Shown: positions 54,120-63,816 of the stretch, one piece after another | Position numbering within the stretch: position 1 is the first letter of the stretch | Layout: each line of letters begins with the position of its first letter | Virus record (IMG/VR): IMGVR_UViG_3300036859_000232 | Span: 3,408-67,407 of that record | Reading direction: 5' to 3' (one strand) | Length of the DNA stretch: 64,000 nucleotides | Source of the DNA: a virus | The notes under the pieces: model-generated | Told to the model about the DNA's origin: nothing | The model's input: the letters and a program-made list of their open reading frames with translations, nothing else | The model's database searches: none | Translations under genes and position numbers: made by a program

Positions 54120-54647
54120 CTAGCTCGACGGGAGACGGAACAGTGACGCTGGACGACGGCCGCGTAGGAGTTGGCCGGATGAGCGCAGCCCAACTTCGTC
54201 GGCGGCGTCGATAAGGAACGGGTTGCCTGATGTATCTCCTCTCCAGACGACCGGTCCAGTGGTCTTGAACTGATCCCCATTACTGCGTGTGCCGGGGTAC
54301 GGGTTGGTCAGACGATACCGTCCACCGGACTGTGGGATGGTGTAACCAGTCGACTTGCCATCGTGGTGCAGGAACGCAATGGGATGATCGAATACAACCG
54401 AGTACGCCGCACCACCAATCGGCACTACGGATCCGGAATCACGAATATGACCTGACCGTCCGTCCGTCACTTTCCCCGTGGTCCCCGAGTAACGCGTGCC
54501 GATCTTCGGGATAGCGGCTTGCAGGACAGCGTCAGCAGCCGTTTTGACGAGCTGTCCAACTGGTCCTTCGGGCGTATCGATGAGTGCATTGACGCGATTG
54601 GGAAAGACCTCAATGGTCGTCTTGACATGGACCTCGATGTCGCCCAT
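54120..54647 (-). CDS. HK97 gp10-like neck/tail completion protein
   Basis: G.IRDS...A...HDG...NPFL.DA. Confidence 0.65.
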   Translation of the reverse strand: MGDIEVHVKTTIEVFPNRVNALIDTPEGPVGQLVKTAADAVLQAAIPKIGTRYSGTTGKVTDGRSGHIRDSGSVVPIGGAAYSVVFDHPIAFLHHDGKSTGYTIPQSGGRYRLTNPYPGTRSNGDQFKTTGPVVWRGDTSGNPFLIDAADEVGLRSSGQLLRGRRPASLFRLPSS

Positions 54648-55177
54648 CACACCCCCGCCAACAGTTCCATCGCCATCCGGTCTGCCTCGTCCCACTTCGG
54701 GTTCATGCGCTCAGTCCCTTGTTTGGCCTGAGCTAGCATCTTCGCGTTCGCAACCCACTCGTCCAACTGCTTCTCCAGGTTCGCACGTGATCCGGCTTCG
54801 TCCATCATCAGGGTATACGTCAGCGCATAGAACTCTCGCGCGGTCAGAGAGTCGAAGGTCCGGGTGCCATTGAGCAAGCGTCCCTCGACGAGGAGAAGAT
54901 TCGATCTTCCCCATTCCCAGACGTAAACCGCGTGTTCGATATCCCTTTCACAGATGACCTCGATGAGCCAGTTCGACAGGTCGGTGAGTTGCTCGACGGT
55001 GATGTAGACATTCCCGTCCTCCAACATCGGCCGCATGACGTCAGGCTCGGTCACGCACGAACAGACGAGGTCGATGAAGTCCGGAATGGTCGAAGCGAAC
55101 AGAAACGGGCCGAGGGGCGCATCGAGCCTAACTTCCCACCAGCGTCTTCCGAGCTTGAAGGTATGTGTCTGATTCAC
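54647..55177 (-). CDS. Tail assembly chaperone paralog with T-like extension
   Basis: HTFKLG...YITVEQLTDLSNWLIEVICER aligns with 53699-54109. Extra C-terminal domain. Confidence 0.55.
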   Translation of the reverse strand: MNQTHTFKLGRRWWEVRLDAPLGPFLFASTIPDFIDLVCSCVTEPDVMRPMLEDGNVYITVEQLTDLSNWLIEVICERDIEHAVYVWEWGRSNLLLVEGRLLNGTRTFDSLTAREFYALTYTLMMDEAGSRANLEKQLDEWVANAKMLAQAKQGTERMNPKWDEADRMAMELLAGV

Positions 55178-55686
55178 ACCACGGTAACCGCAAGCTGTAC
55201 GACCACTCCTCCGACCCCGCCCTGAGGTCCGATGGGAGTCGTGGAGATGATGGCGACGGCATTGCGATCCTTATAGGCGGGGAGGAGTTTGTCAGCATTG
55301 GCGAGATCGACGATGGCCGCGCAGATAGTCATAGCCTCATCGAGGATCGACTCTCCCTTCGCCTGGAGTTCATTCGCGCTCGGAGGGGAACCACCCGTCT
55401 TGATGGTCGGCACGCATCTCAGCAACGCGATAGCAAAGGTGTGATTGAGGGGCATGGAACATCGGATGGGGATGGGTTGTCCTTGGAAACTGGAGCCAAG
55501 GTCCCCTTGTGACGATCCGGTCCACGACACGATGAACGTATCGACGCATTTCTGCCCAACGAAATCGTGAGCAATGAGTCCGGCATGGATGTACTGGCGC
55601 AATGGGATGTCGACGCCATCCGTTGCGAGACGAGTGGTGAGATTGTCGAGGATCGTTTGCGCGATATCGACGAGGCGTCCATCCAT
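55174..55686 (-). CDS. Tail terminator-like protein
   Basis: LLRCVP...P...L and PIGPQGG.GG motifs of an actinophage head-tail connector family. Confidence 0.6.
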   Translation of the reverse strand: MDGRLVDIAQTILDNLTTRLATDGVDIPLRQYIHAGLIAHDFVGQKCVDTFIVSWTGSSQGDLGSSFQGQPIPIRCSMPLNHTFAIALLRCVPTIKTGGSPPSANELQAKGESILDEAMTICAAIVDLANADKLLPAYKDRNAVAIISTTPIGPQGGVGGVVVQLAVTVV

Positions 55687-56684
55687 CAGCGGCTCTCCAT
55701 GAAGTCAACCACCGCGTTCACCGCACGTTCAGTTGCTTTGCCGTCACACAAGTCACCATAGGCGTAGTCGACGGCTTCAGCACGCAACTCCCTCGCGCGC
55801 GGAAGGTCTTCGAGGGCTTCGAGGATACCGTCATAGAGGAACTCGGGCTCATCGACCGTGATGCCAGGGATGTGTGACCAGAACCTCATCCCGTGTTCGA
55901 CGTTCCTGCGATACCACGGTGCATTCAAAACAAGGACGGGCCGACCGGTGGAGGCGAACTCATACAACGTCGAGGAGTTGTCACAGACGTACAGATCAGT
56001 TTCTTCCATGACGTCCCACCACGACTCCACGAACGGCACCTTCCTCCGCGCCCAGAACGTCCGAAAGTGCGAGTACATCCGCGGGTGACAATGACCGATG
56101 ATGTCGAATGGACGATCCTCGCGACGGATGATGTTCGTAAGTTCAGTCTCATAATGGGGAAATGCCCACTGGGTCTCAGCAACGACCTGGATGTCCGCGT
56201 GGAACGAAAAGGCGACGGTGTTTACCGGTTCAGATAAGGCAAGTGGTGGAGGGCCGACATGAAACCCATCGAGATATGGAACACCGATCGCAACAGCCTG
56301 TTGTCCCGATGCTCTACACAGATCCGCATCACGTTCTGACGGACATAGGTTGAGAACGACCCGCTCACGCCCCGCACCACCTGAGTAACCAGAGTGATGT
56401 AGTCCACGACCATCAGAGTATGTCTGTCCGACCCCGTGGTTGACGAGGATGACCTTCGCCGGATTGACCGATCGATAGTCCGGTTGTGACGCCACGCACA
56501 CGAGTGACCGTTCATCCTGTGGCACGGAGCGTTTGATGACATCGATACCCAGCTCTTGCGCTCGATCGGCGGCTCGGCCTCTTGCGTAGAAGATACCGCG
56601 GTACTTGGTCGGGAGGTTGTCATACAAGTGGAAGAGATGCTCGACGAGATGCTTGCCAGTGGCGTAAAAGGCGATGGTGGTCAT
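55686..56684 (-). CDS. GT-B glycosyltransferase (CDP-glycerol glycerophosphotransferase-like)
   Basis: HG, HPR, CDNSSTLYEFA..GRPV and DG.ATER motifs. Confidence 0.75.
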   Translation of the reverse strand: MTTIAFYATGKHLVEHLFHLYDNLPTKYRGIFYARGRAADRAQELGIDVIKRSVPQDERSLVCVASQPDYRSVNPAKVILVNHGVGQTYSDGRGLHHSGYSGGAGRERVVLNLCPSERDADLCRASGQQAVAIGVPYLDGFHVGPPPLALSEPVNTVAFSFHADIQVVAETQWAFPHYETELTNIIRREDRPFDIIGHCHPRMYSHFRTFWARRKVPFVESWWDVMEETDLYVCDNSSTLYEFASTGRPVLVLNAPWYRRNVEHGMRFWSHIPGITVDEPEFLYDGILEALEDLPRARELRAEAVDYAYGDLCDGKATERAVNAVVDFMESR

Positions 56685-57496
56685 AGCGACACCAGGCACG
56701 GGTCGTCTATGAGAAGCGGATCGGTGGAGGGATCAGGTGAGTAGAACCACGTGTGGAAGATCTCGTCGATGGCGTCGATACCCTTGTCCTCCAGGAACCG
56801 TCCGTAGTCGCGCCAGTGCTGCCCCGCACCGGCAGGAACGCGATCACCGGCTGCGGCGTAGGCGGCAGCACCGTTACGGGCTTTGCGGGCCATCTGATCG
56901 ACGGAACGGTATGGGTAGTGGTGGATCTCGATGGGTGAGTCGGTTTGTGTGCCGACCATGCCGGGATAGCGAACGCCGTGATTGCCCATCTCAATCTGGA
57001 AGCCGGGGAGTGGACGGAACGCGACCTTCGGCAAGGGAGCAGCGAGTGTACGTTTCCAGCGGATGCGTTTGATGGGATCGTCGATGGTCTCGTCGTCTTC
57101 GGATGTGACGACATGGTCGTAAAGAATCGCGAACTCGACGTGCCAGTCAATACCCTCACCGAGGTACTCCCTGAACGGTGCGCCGTAGTCCTCCATCCAC
57201 ACCCAGACCTCGTCGGCATCGAAAGGAACGATCCAGTCTGCGTCGTAATCGTCACGCGCCATCTCGGCGAGGGCGGTCATCTTCTGTGATTGGAGGTACG
57301 CCGGTTCATAGTCCGGAACGAGCGTCAGCCACGGTGCGTTGATGGACTCTTGTTCGAGGAGGTATCCGAGCGTTCCGTCAGTCGAGCAATTGTCCGCGAT
57401 GATGACGTGGTCGAGTTGACGCAACATCCGCGGCAGAGTGTACGGCAGGATGTCCATCTCGTCCTTGCACATGCACACGCCGACAACTCGCGTCAT
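56681..57496 (-). CDS. GT2-family glycosyltransferase
   Basis: KDE.DI, IADNCSTDGT, WIVPFDADE and HYPYRS motifs. Confidence 0.85.
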   Translation of the reverse strand: MTRVVGVCMCKDEMDILPYTLPRMLRQLDHVIIADNCSTDGTLGYLLEQESINAPWLTLVPDYEPAYLQSQKMTALAEMARDDYDADWIVPFDADEVWVWMEDYGAPFREYLGEGIDWHVEFAILYDHVVTSEDDETIDDPIKRIRWKRTLAAPLPKVAFRPLPGFQIEMGNHGVRYPGMVGTQTDSPIEIHHYPYRSVDQMARKARNGAAAYAAAGDRVPAGAGQHWRDYGRFLEDKGIDAIDEIFHTWFYSPDPSTDPLLIDDPCLVSL

Positions 57497-58155
57497 CAGT
57501 AACCACTCCCGATGCGTTGCGCGCCGATGTGGTGAACCCATTCGGCTGAGTCTCGTGGTCCCCAATACGCAGCCCGGAGTAGCGGGTCAGAGAACAACGC
57601 GTCACTGAACACGTGCTCGGAACGTGGTCCTGTCGGCCAGCCGGTACGAGTCAGGACTCGCCGATACAGCGACGGATTGGTAGTGAAATGTAGCCGGTGT
57701 TCAAGCCACTGATAACCGTTCCACTCACAGTCCTTGTATTCGTCCGGCCACATCTCGACGATCCCGCCAGCCTTCTCCTCGGCTTCATTCCAGGACTGAC
57801 GGCGTAACGCGAGTTGAACGACATGAGGGCGATGTTCGAGGACTTCGATCATCGGTCGGAGGTTCAGTGGCCAGTTGAAGACGAAGTCGTCCTCCAAGTG
57901 GAAGACGTAGTCCTCATCGGCGTGTTTGACGATGCCCCATGCGCGGTTGATGGCGCTGCCGAACCCTCCGCGCGATCCTCCACAGACCTCGAAGTCGGGG
58001 TAGCGACGAATGAGTTCCGATACATGCTGCGAGTCGCGGTCGGTGTGGATGATGGCTCGCGTGATGTTGCCGATGAGGTTGTCTTCCGCGGACGAGATAG
58101 TGCGTTCGAGGAGTTCATCGCGACCGTCCGTCATCACGAGTAGCAGCACACTCAT
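57496..58155 (-). CDS. GT2-like glycosyltransferase
   Basis: TDGR..L, FHLEDDF, FTTNPSL and HIG motifs. Confidence 0.8.
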   Translation of the reverse strand: MSVLLLVMTDGRDELLERTISSAEDNLIGNITRAIIHTDRDSQHVSELIRRYPDFEVCGGSRGGFGSAINRAWGIVKHADEDYVFHLEDDFVFNWPLNLRPMIEVLEHRPHVVQLALRRQSWNEAEEKAGGIVEMWPDEYKDCEWNGYQWLEHRLHFTTNPSLYRRVLTRTGWPTGPRSEHVFSDALFSDPLLRAAYWGPRDSAEWVHHIGAQRIGSGY

Positions 58156-58781
58156 GTCGTCACCCCCGCTACCTGTTGACTCTTCCACTTCTCGAAGTCC
58201 TTGAGGATACGTTCGCGAAGACCTTCCTTGTCCGCGATCGTGTTGTTGCGACCATCCGCTCGCCAGTGCGCGCGATAGATGGCCTTCGGGACACGGATGA
58301 CGCGGTTGCGGAGATGAAGGATACGGAGGAACAACGCCCAGTCCTCGTATGCCTCCCATTGCTCCTGAAATCCACCGACCTGATCGAAGAGTTCACTGCG
58401 GATAGGCGATCCGATGACGAGGTAGTTCCCGCGTTCAAGCGGTCTGATCGTGAACAGTTTCGGTCGAGGTTCGGGATCCTCGGGCGTGATGAACTGAACA
58501 GCAGGATTGAGAACAGCGGCAGACGTGATGGACGAGCGGGCCATATAACGGAGGAAGTCCGGCGCGAGTTCATCGTCGGCATCGAGGAACATGAGCCACT
58601 TGGCCTTCTTCGCCTGATTGGCAGCGGTGTTGCGAGCCTCGGCTAGGGTGCGTCCGTGGTAGTGAACGATGTCGAGTGGCTGGACGGATTGACGTTCGAC
58701 GGATGGGATGGCACGTGACTTCGCCAGGTTGACCCATGACTTGTCACCGTATGTCGCGACGATGATGGACATGTCTACCAT
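58152..58781 (-). CDS. GT2-family glycosyltransferase
   Basis: ARN, FLDADD, VGGF and EDWALF motifs. Confidence 0.85.
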   Translation of the reverse strand: MVDMSIIVATYGDKSWVNLAKSRAIPSVERQSVQPLDIVHYHGRTLAEARNTAANQAKKAKWLMFLDADDELAPDFLRYMARSSITSAAVLNPAVQFITPEDPEPRPKLFTIRPLERGNYLVIGSPIRSELFDQVGGFQEQWEAYEDWALFLRILHLRNRVIRVPKAIYRAHWRADGRNNTIADKEGLRERILKDFEKWKSQQVAGVTT

Positions 58782-59269
58782 CGCGCACCCTTTGAAGAAT
58801 TGCATCGCATGTGGGCTGTTTGCAAGTTCGCGGCATCATCAGTTCCACCAAGGATTACAGGAATGATGTGATCTACAGTTGGAGCAAGCGGGTGTGGATA
58901 CGTCTTGATTCGCTGGCTCACCGGTTTCTTACATATCTGGCACATCCATTCATCACGTTGAAAAATCTCACGACGTCGAATCCTGTAACGACGTGCGCGA
59001 CGTTTGTCCCTTGCTCGATTGCGACATAAGGGCGAACAATAACGACTCTTGTATCCCCAGGGTCGGAAACGTGTCGAGCAAACCTCACAAATCATCTCAT
59101 CGGGAATAGCGTGACGCCCCTCATACAAGCGAAGTCCCGCTCGCCGCTTGATGGTTTCTCGTTCCTTCGCGGCAACACGAGTGCATCTAATAGAGCATCG
59201 CTTTTGCCCATTAGCCCAAGGCGTGAACCACTTACGACATTGAGGACAACGAAGTTTCTTCGTCTTCAC
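58775..59269 (-). CDS. HNH endonuclease with Zn-finger repeats
   Basis: CPQC..F...CS..C repeats. RD...CQIC...TVDHIIP...GG...NLQ.AH..CN..KG. Confidence 0.88.
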   Translation of the reverse strand: MKTKKLRCPQCRKWFTPWANGQKRCSIRCTRVAAKERETIKRRAGLRLYEGRHAIPDEMICEVCSTRFRPWGYKSRYCSPLCRNRARDKRRARRYRIRRREIFQRDEWMCQICKKPVSQRIKTYPHPLAPTVDHIIPVILGGTDDAANLQTAHMRCNSSKGARW

Positions 59270-59952
59270 GCCCATAGTCGTCTCCGCTGTGCGAACAATG
59301 CTCGATCCTGACGCACTCGTTTGAACCCTTGAAGATACGTACTGTCAATCTTCCCCTTCGGTTTTCCCTTCGAGTCGTACAGGTGAGGATGGAAGTGTTC
59401 TACGTGGGAATCCTCAGCAAAGGCCCAAGCGTTGCGTGCCTTAGCTGTAGCAACCAATTCGTCGTCGACGTAGAGATGGTGGTACCTCTCGCAGAGAATC
59501 GCATCCAGCCGGTCAATGGTTCCCAACTCACGCGCGTACGTTCGACGCACTAACGAATGTGTGGCATGGATCCCTTTGAGTGTCCTCGGGTTACCGAGGT
59601 CGTTCGTACCCACAACGCCGATGGACTCGTCTGCCATCTTGTCGAGTGCCGCGACATCCCATTCGTGATGGAAGTTGAGGTCGTCGGCTCCGGTGAAGAC
59701 GAAGGGCTCGGTGGTCTTGCGATAGCCCTCATTGGTCTTGGCCGCGTAGTCCCCTGGACCAGCCGGTTTCATACGGACGATGTAGTCGGCATCCGCGGCA
59801 TCGAGAGCCTCTAGTTCGTCTCGCTGGTTCTCCGTCGCGATGAACAGAAGGCGATACGGGACCTGCGTGTTCTCGCGGATGTTCTCGATGAGCGGACGAA
59901 CGCGGTGCGGACGATTCAGCACCGGCACGAGGATGACGATCGAAGTCGTCAT
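59266..59952 (-). CDS. GT2-like glycosyltransferase
   Basis: VPVLNRP, FTGADD, YVDDE and VEH.HP motifs. Confidence 0.8.
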   Translation of the reverse strand: MTTSIVILVPVLNRPHRVRPLIENIRENTQVPYRLLFIATENQRDELEALDAADADYIVRMKPAGPGDYAAKTNEGYRKTTEPFVFTGADDLNFHHEWDVAALDKMADESIGVVGTNDLGNPRTLKGIHATHSLVRRTYARELGTIDRLDAILCERYHHLYVDDELVATAKARNAWAFAEDSHVEHFHPHLYDSKGKPKGKIDSTYLQGFKRVRQDRALFAQRRRLWA

Positions 59953-59962
59953 CTACTCACCA

Positions 59963-60022
59963 AAGAAGACGGGCACTCCCCGTTCGGTCGCGCGACCATG
60001 CACGGAGAGTACCCGTCTTCGA
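59963..60022 (-). terminator. Long hairpin downstream of the major tail gene
   Basis: GAAGACGGGTACTCTCCGT...ACGGGGAGTGCCCGTCTTC followed by TTT. Confidence 0.7.
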
Positions 60023-60046
60023 TGAAGAACGCTAGTGACTCGTGAC

Positions 60047-60700
60047 CTACGAGGCGATGAGTTCCTGAGCCCCACACTGCGGCTCCGGTAGGTCCGTGTC
60101 TCCCGCCCATGCGTAGAGGGACCCACACTCGTCCTCGGCAGGCCAATTCCAGTCATTTGCTGGTCCGTCGAGGAAGTTCTCGTTCTCGTACCCGACGCCC
60201 GTGAAAGCGTTGGTGATCGGGTTGTTCTCCAAGGACTTGTCCGAGGGCGTCCACCGCGTCTTGCCGAAGACGTGACGAACATACGGATAGGTCATCGAGA
60301 TTCCGGACCCCTCACCATTGAGGGTCCAGCCCTCCATTGCGACCCCCAGTTCATTTCCTGCTGTGCCGACCCGCGGCAAAGCGACACCAAGCGTCTCCCC
60401 GTCGAGGGTGAGCAGGGTCCCGCCAACGAGGAGTTTCTGTGCCTCGGGATCATGGTCGCAGAAGACCAATCCAAACGTGAGGTTCTTGTACTTGTCCGGA
60501 TCGAGGAACGCGAAGCACACGTCTCCCGAGCCGTCCTTCTGCGTGAAGTCGTCGCCCGCCTCGATGTTGTATCCGATCGCAAGCGAGACGTTCGTCTTGG
60601 TGACATACAGATTCTTGTCACCGGAAGCAAACCGGCCCGCGGAATCGAGCTGCGCGAACCGGGTCCGGACGAACCGGAAAAGTTTGTAGCACTGTGCGAT
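60047..60700 (-). CDS. Major tail protein, probable ATC start
   Basis: TAAGGAGG RBS then ATC. (M)AQCY...R..QLD..G...E.GDDFTQK..SG.VC...C..DPE...ENN...F.DGP, typical of an actinophage tail tube. Confidence 0.8.
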   Translation of the reverse strand: MAQCYKLFRFVRTRFAQLDSAGRFASGDKNLYVTKTNVSLAIGYNIEAGDDFTQKDGSGDVCFAFLDPDKYKNLTFGLVFCDHDPEAQKLLVGGTLLTLDGETLGVALPRVGTAGNELGVAMEGWTLNGEGSGISMTYPYVRHVFGKTRWTPSDKSLENNPITNAFTGVGYENENFLDGPANDWNWPAEDECGSLYAWAGDTDLPEPQCGAQELIAS

Positions 60701-60766
60701 GACGCCCTCCTTAGTCGCGTCCCTCGGGACGCTCCGCTGCTAGTTCCTTGACAGAGTACGACTCGC

Positions 60767-61393
60767 TCATACGGCTGTCATCCATTTTCCGAATTCAAGG
60801 GCGGACATCTTCGCTCGATTCGCTCCACGCCCTCGCGCCCACGTCCGCCTGATGTTCTCTAGTTTGGTGACAGCCTCAAGATGTTCGGCTTCTACGCACA
60901 GCGTCACAGAACAAAGGTGGTCAACCTCCATCCCTTCGGGGATAGGCCCCTTCGCGATTCGGTAAGCAACGCGGTGCACCTGAACTTCCCCGAGCGCGGT
61001 GAAGGCTCCGTACTTACAATCCCATTTGTTCCCAGGATTGATGATTCCACCTGTCCAGATACGACAGCCACAAACCGTTGGGAAGCTTCTGTCGAGAAGG
61101 CGTTGTTCCGCCTTAGTGACATCTTCTTCCGTGACTGGACGAAGTCTCCATTTCTGATGACGGTGAGTAGAGCAATAGCCCTTAGCTTTAGCTGACTCGG
61201 TACAGTCATCTTCCAGGCAGAACCGACCCTGCATCGATTCGCGCGGAACTGTTAGACCAGCCGCTCTGGCCCAGTTTCCAAGCGTCTTACGTGGGACACC
61301 TAGTTCTCGATGAATCTTTTCTTGCGTGTCCCCCGCACGTAGAGCAGCTAACACTTGTTGCCTTACTTCAGAGGGCCAAGGATTCGACCTCAT
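60767..61393 (-). CDS. HNH endonuclease with N-terminal HTH
   Basis: HTH ELGVPRKTL.NW. GC.IWTG, VHRVAY...GPIP.G.EVDHLC....CV...HLE.VT..EN.RR. Confidence 0.85.
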   Translation of the reverse strand: MRSNPWPSEVRQQVLAALRAGDTQEKIHRELGVPRKTLGNWARAAGLTVPRESMQGRFCLEDDCTESAKAKGYCSTHRHQKWRLRPVTEEDVTKAEQRLLDRSFPTVCGCRIWTGGIINPGNKWDCKYGAFTALGEVQVHRVAYRIAKGPIPEGMEVDHLCSVTLCVEAEHLEAVTKLENIRRTWARGRGANRAKMSALEFGKWMTAV

Positions 61394-62160
61394 GGATGGA
61401 CCACATAGCCGAGATCCGGCTCATCAGGGTCGAGAATGACCGAACGGGCCATGAGGCCATGGGGATTTTCGAGCGCGATCGCCATGTCGATCTCCGGGAT
61501 GCCGAACTGGACGGGACGACCGGGAAGTGGGGTGAAGAACGCGGATTGGAGCGCAATCGAAACACCTTGACGCGTGACAGAGACGATATTACGAGGCAGG
61601 CGACACTCGGCACCCTCGAACGCTTCCGGATTGCAACCGATGAAGAGTTCGCAGGCGAGGATGGCGGCTGCACGGCGTAGATGAGCAGGAACGTCTGAGC
61701 CGTATCGGTAAGTGACGAGGAAGTCGTCGTCGCAAAGAGGCCACTTGTCACCGTCGATACGGACGAGGTCGTTTCCATGGAAGTCGTATGCGCCGAGAGG
61801 GAGTTCGCCGTCATCGGTTGTGACGACAGACTCGACGGACACGATCGGACCGAAAGGAAGGGTGATAGAAGACTGGAATCGGCACCCACACGCGAAGTCG
61901 GTCCGGTGTCCACACGCCGAGAACACAAAGTAGCGAGACAGGGTGAGGATCCCGTCGACCACGGTCAGGTCACGAACCGCGAACCAACTGGCCGAACATG
62001 GATGGACAGTAACCTCGCACGGACCGGAATACTGCTGCGCGGTGGCTTTGTAGAGCAACGCAGATGCAATAGTGATGAACTCGTCGATCCCGTCACCGAT
62101 GTAGTCGTCACAGGGCTCGCAGAGATCCGCCGCAGTTGCCCAGGATCCACAGAGCGTCAT
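61390..62160 (-). CDS. Head-to-tail adaptor
   Basis: AS..LY..T...Y.G.C...V.PC, LACE, CRLP and VTRQGVS motifs. Confidence 0.8.
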   Translation of the reverse strand: MTLCGSWATAADLCEPCDDYIGDGIDEFITIASALLYKATAQQYSGPCEVTVHPCSASWFAVRDLTVVDGILTLSRYFVFSACGHRTDFACGCRFQSSITLPFGPIVSVESVVTTDDGELPLGAYDFHGNDLVRIDGDKWPLCDDDFLVTYRYGSDVPAHLRRAAAILACELFIGCNPEAFEGAECRLPRNIVSVTRQGVSIALQSAFFTPLPGRPVQFGIPEIDMAIALENPHGLMARSVILDPDEPDLGYVVHP

Positions 62161-62336
62161 ACGAGAACGAACTCCACGGCTAGGCGTTCGTCGGTGACCA
62201 CCTTGACACGCGCATCGGACTCTTCTCCACATGCGACAAATTCAGCATCGAGAGTGGCCCGCTTGGGGTCAGTGACGACAAGAACGGAGAAGTCCTCCCC
62301 TTCGGTCACTTGGCACAACCTGATGGATGCCGTCAT
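62157..62336 (-). CDS. 59-aa hypothetical protein
   Basis: Leaderless TAATGT-6nt-ATG. ATGA coupled to the adaptor gene. Confidence 0.55.
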   Translation of the reverse strand: MTASIRLCQVTEGEDFSVLVVTDPKRATLDAEFVACGEESDARVKVVTDERLAVEFVLV

Positions 62337-62375
62337 GGATTCACATTACTCCGAGTGAGTTTGGCTGACCAGGCA

Positions 62376-63812
62376 TTACAGGAGCCCGTCCACAACCATG
62401 TAGATGGGACGGCGAACAGTCGTCCCTCCTCCAACTGTGTAAACGACTATGTCAACCGATTCCCCCATCTGGATTGCCGTATCGAGGACACCCTGTACGT
62501 AGATTGCGAGTGCTTCCTCTAACGACACGGAATCGGTGAGGTCGAGCAGATTCGAGACGAAGAAATCTTCGATGAATGGCACGCTCTCGTCCAGTGCGAC
62601 AATCGCGGTAATGGTAAGTGCTTCAGTCAATTCCAAGGCTTCTGACAACGTGATCGTGGCTGTTACCACGGCCACCAATGTTTCGGACACCGAGTCGGTA
62701 AGTACCACGACTATACTGATTGCTGGAGATTCCGATACCGCAATAGCCTCGGCAACTTCGGCCACGACGGTTGTTATAAGCGATTCGTTCGTCGTTGCGG
62801 TGTCCGAGAGCGAGAGGACTGCGAACACGCTGGCTGAATCAGCGAGTGATAGCGAATCTGACAGGAAGAAACTCACACTGATGTCAGTCGTTTCAGAGAA
62901 TGCGACGGCAGCGTCGAGGGAAGCAATGATTGTCGCGGCTAAGGTCTCGGCAACGATTGCGGTATCCGTAAGTGAAACCGTTGCCGTAATGGTCTGCAAT
63001 TCGACAAGGGATACCGATACCTCATCAGTCAGTGAAACAGTCGTCGACTCGGCCAAAGACTCGACATAAGTGTTGGGTTCGGTCAATGCCGCTGTCACGC
63101 TTTCGGTCGGGGCTTCGGCAACCGTAGCCGAATCGGTGAGCGGCGCAGTGTAGGGGGCCGCAATGGCAACCTGATAGCCGACATAGTTTACAGCCGTTAT
63201 TTGGGTTGAGTCGAACGTCGCGTTACCAGTGGAGCCCGCCGCGGCCTGCACCTTGGTAGCAGAGGACATCGCCTGCGACGCAGCACCAGCGTTGTGGTCG
63301 CTTCGTTCCGTCCACCCTGCCGGTGGTGTGTGCGTGGGAGAAGGGAGTCCCGCGTTCTGGCAGACACAGGCGAAGATGAGACAGTTGTTCGCATTCGTTG
63401 TTACAGCGTTCGCCGTCTCGTCGGCGGCGCTGCCGGTGTTACTGCCGTCGATGTTGATAACGCCCGTGACCTGAGCCGCACCAGTTATACGGTGAATCTC
63501 AGCATTAACGACGCGGGCCGTAACCCATGACCAGGTGAAGTTCGTCGCATCGACCTGAGTCTGAGTAGCAACGACGATATAAGCCTGGAAATACGGACCG
63601 GCCCCATTGTTCGTATTTTCTATCCGAGTCCATCCGGTAGGACCCGTTACGGTACCAGGGTCTTGCCGCCAGTCGACGAATGCAAGAAGGCAATCGCCAA
63701 GAGCAGTACTTGTCGGCTTCGTTACTGTGACAGACGTCGTAGTGCCACCCGTATTAGGGTCGTCGGCTGTCTGCACCGATTGCCAGACCGGCGCGACCGG
63801 ATCGGTCGCCAC
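62376..63812 (-). CDS. Thr/Ser-rich virion surface protein (N-terminal beta domain plus about 20-aa repeats)
   Basis: KP....GD.LLA...P.GWT motif twice. Repeated L(T/S)D(S/T)...E units. Confidence 0.65.
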   Translation of the reverse strand: MATDPVAPVWQSVQTADDPNTGGTTTSVTVTKPTSTALGDCLLAFVDWRQDPGTVTGPTGWTRIENTNNGAGPYFQAYIVVATQTQVDATNFTWSWVTARVVNAEIHRITGAAQVTGVINIDGSNTGSAADETANAVTTNANNCLIFACVCQNAGLPSPTHTPPAGWTERSDHNAGAASQAMSSATKVQAAAGSTGNATFDSTQITAVNYVGYQVAIAAPYTAPLTDSATVAEAPTESVTAALTEPNTYVESLAESTTVSLTDEVSVSLVELQTITATVSLTDTAIVAETLAATIIASLDAAVAFSETTDISVSFFLSDSLSLADSASVFAVLSLSDTATTNESLITTVVAEVAEAIAVSESPAISIVVVLTDSVSETLVAVVTATITLSEALELTEALTITAIVALDESVPFIEDFFVSNLLDLTDSVSLEEALAIYVQGVLDTAIQMGESVDIVVYTVGGGTTVRRPIYMVVDGLL

Positions 63813-63816
63813 CGCT

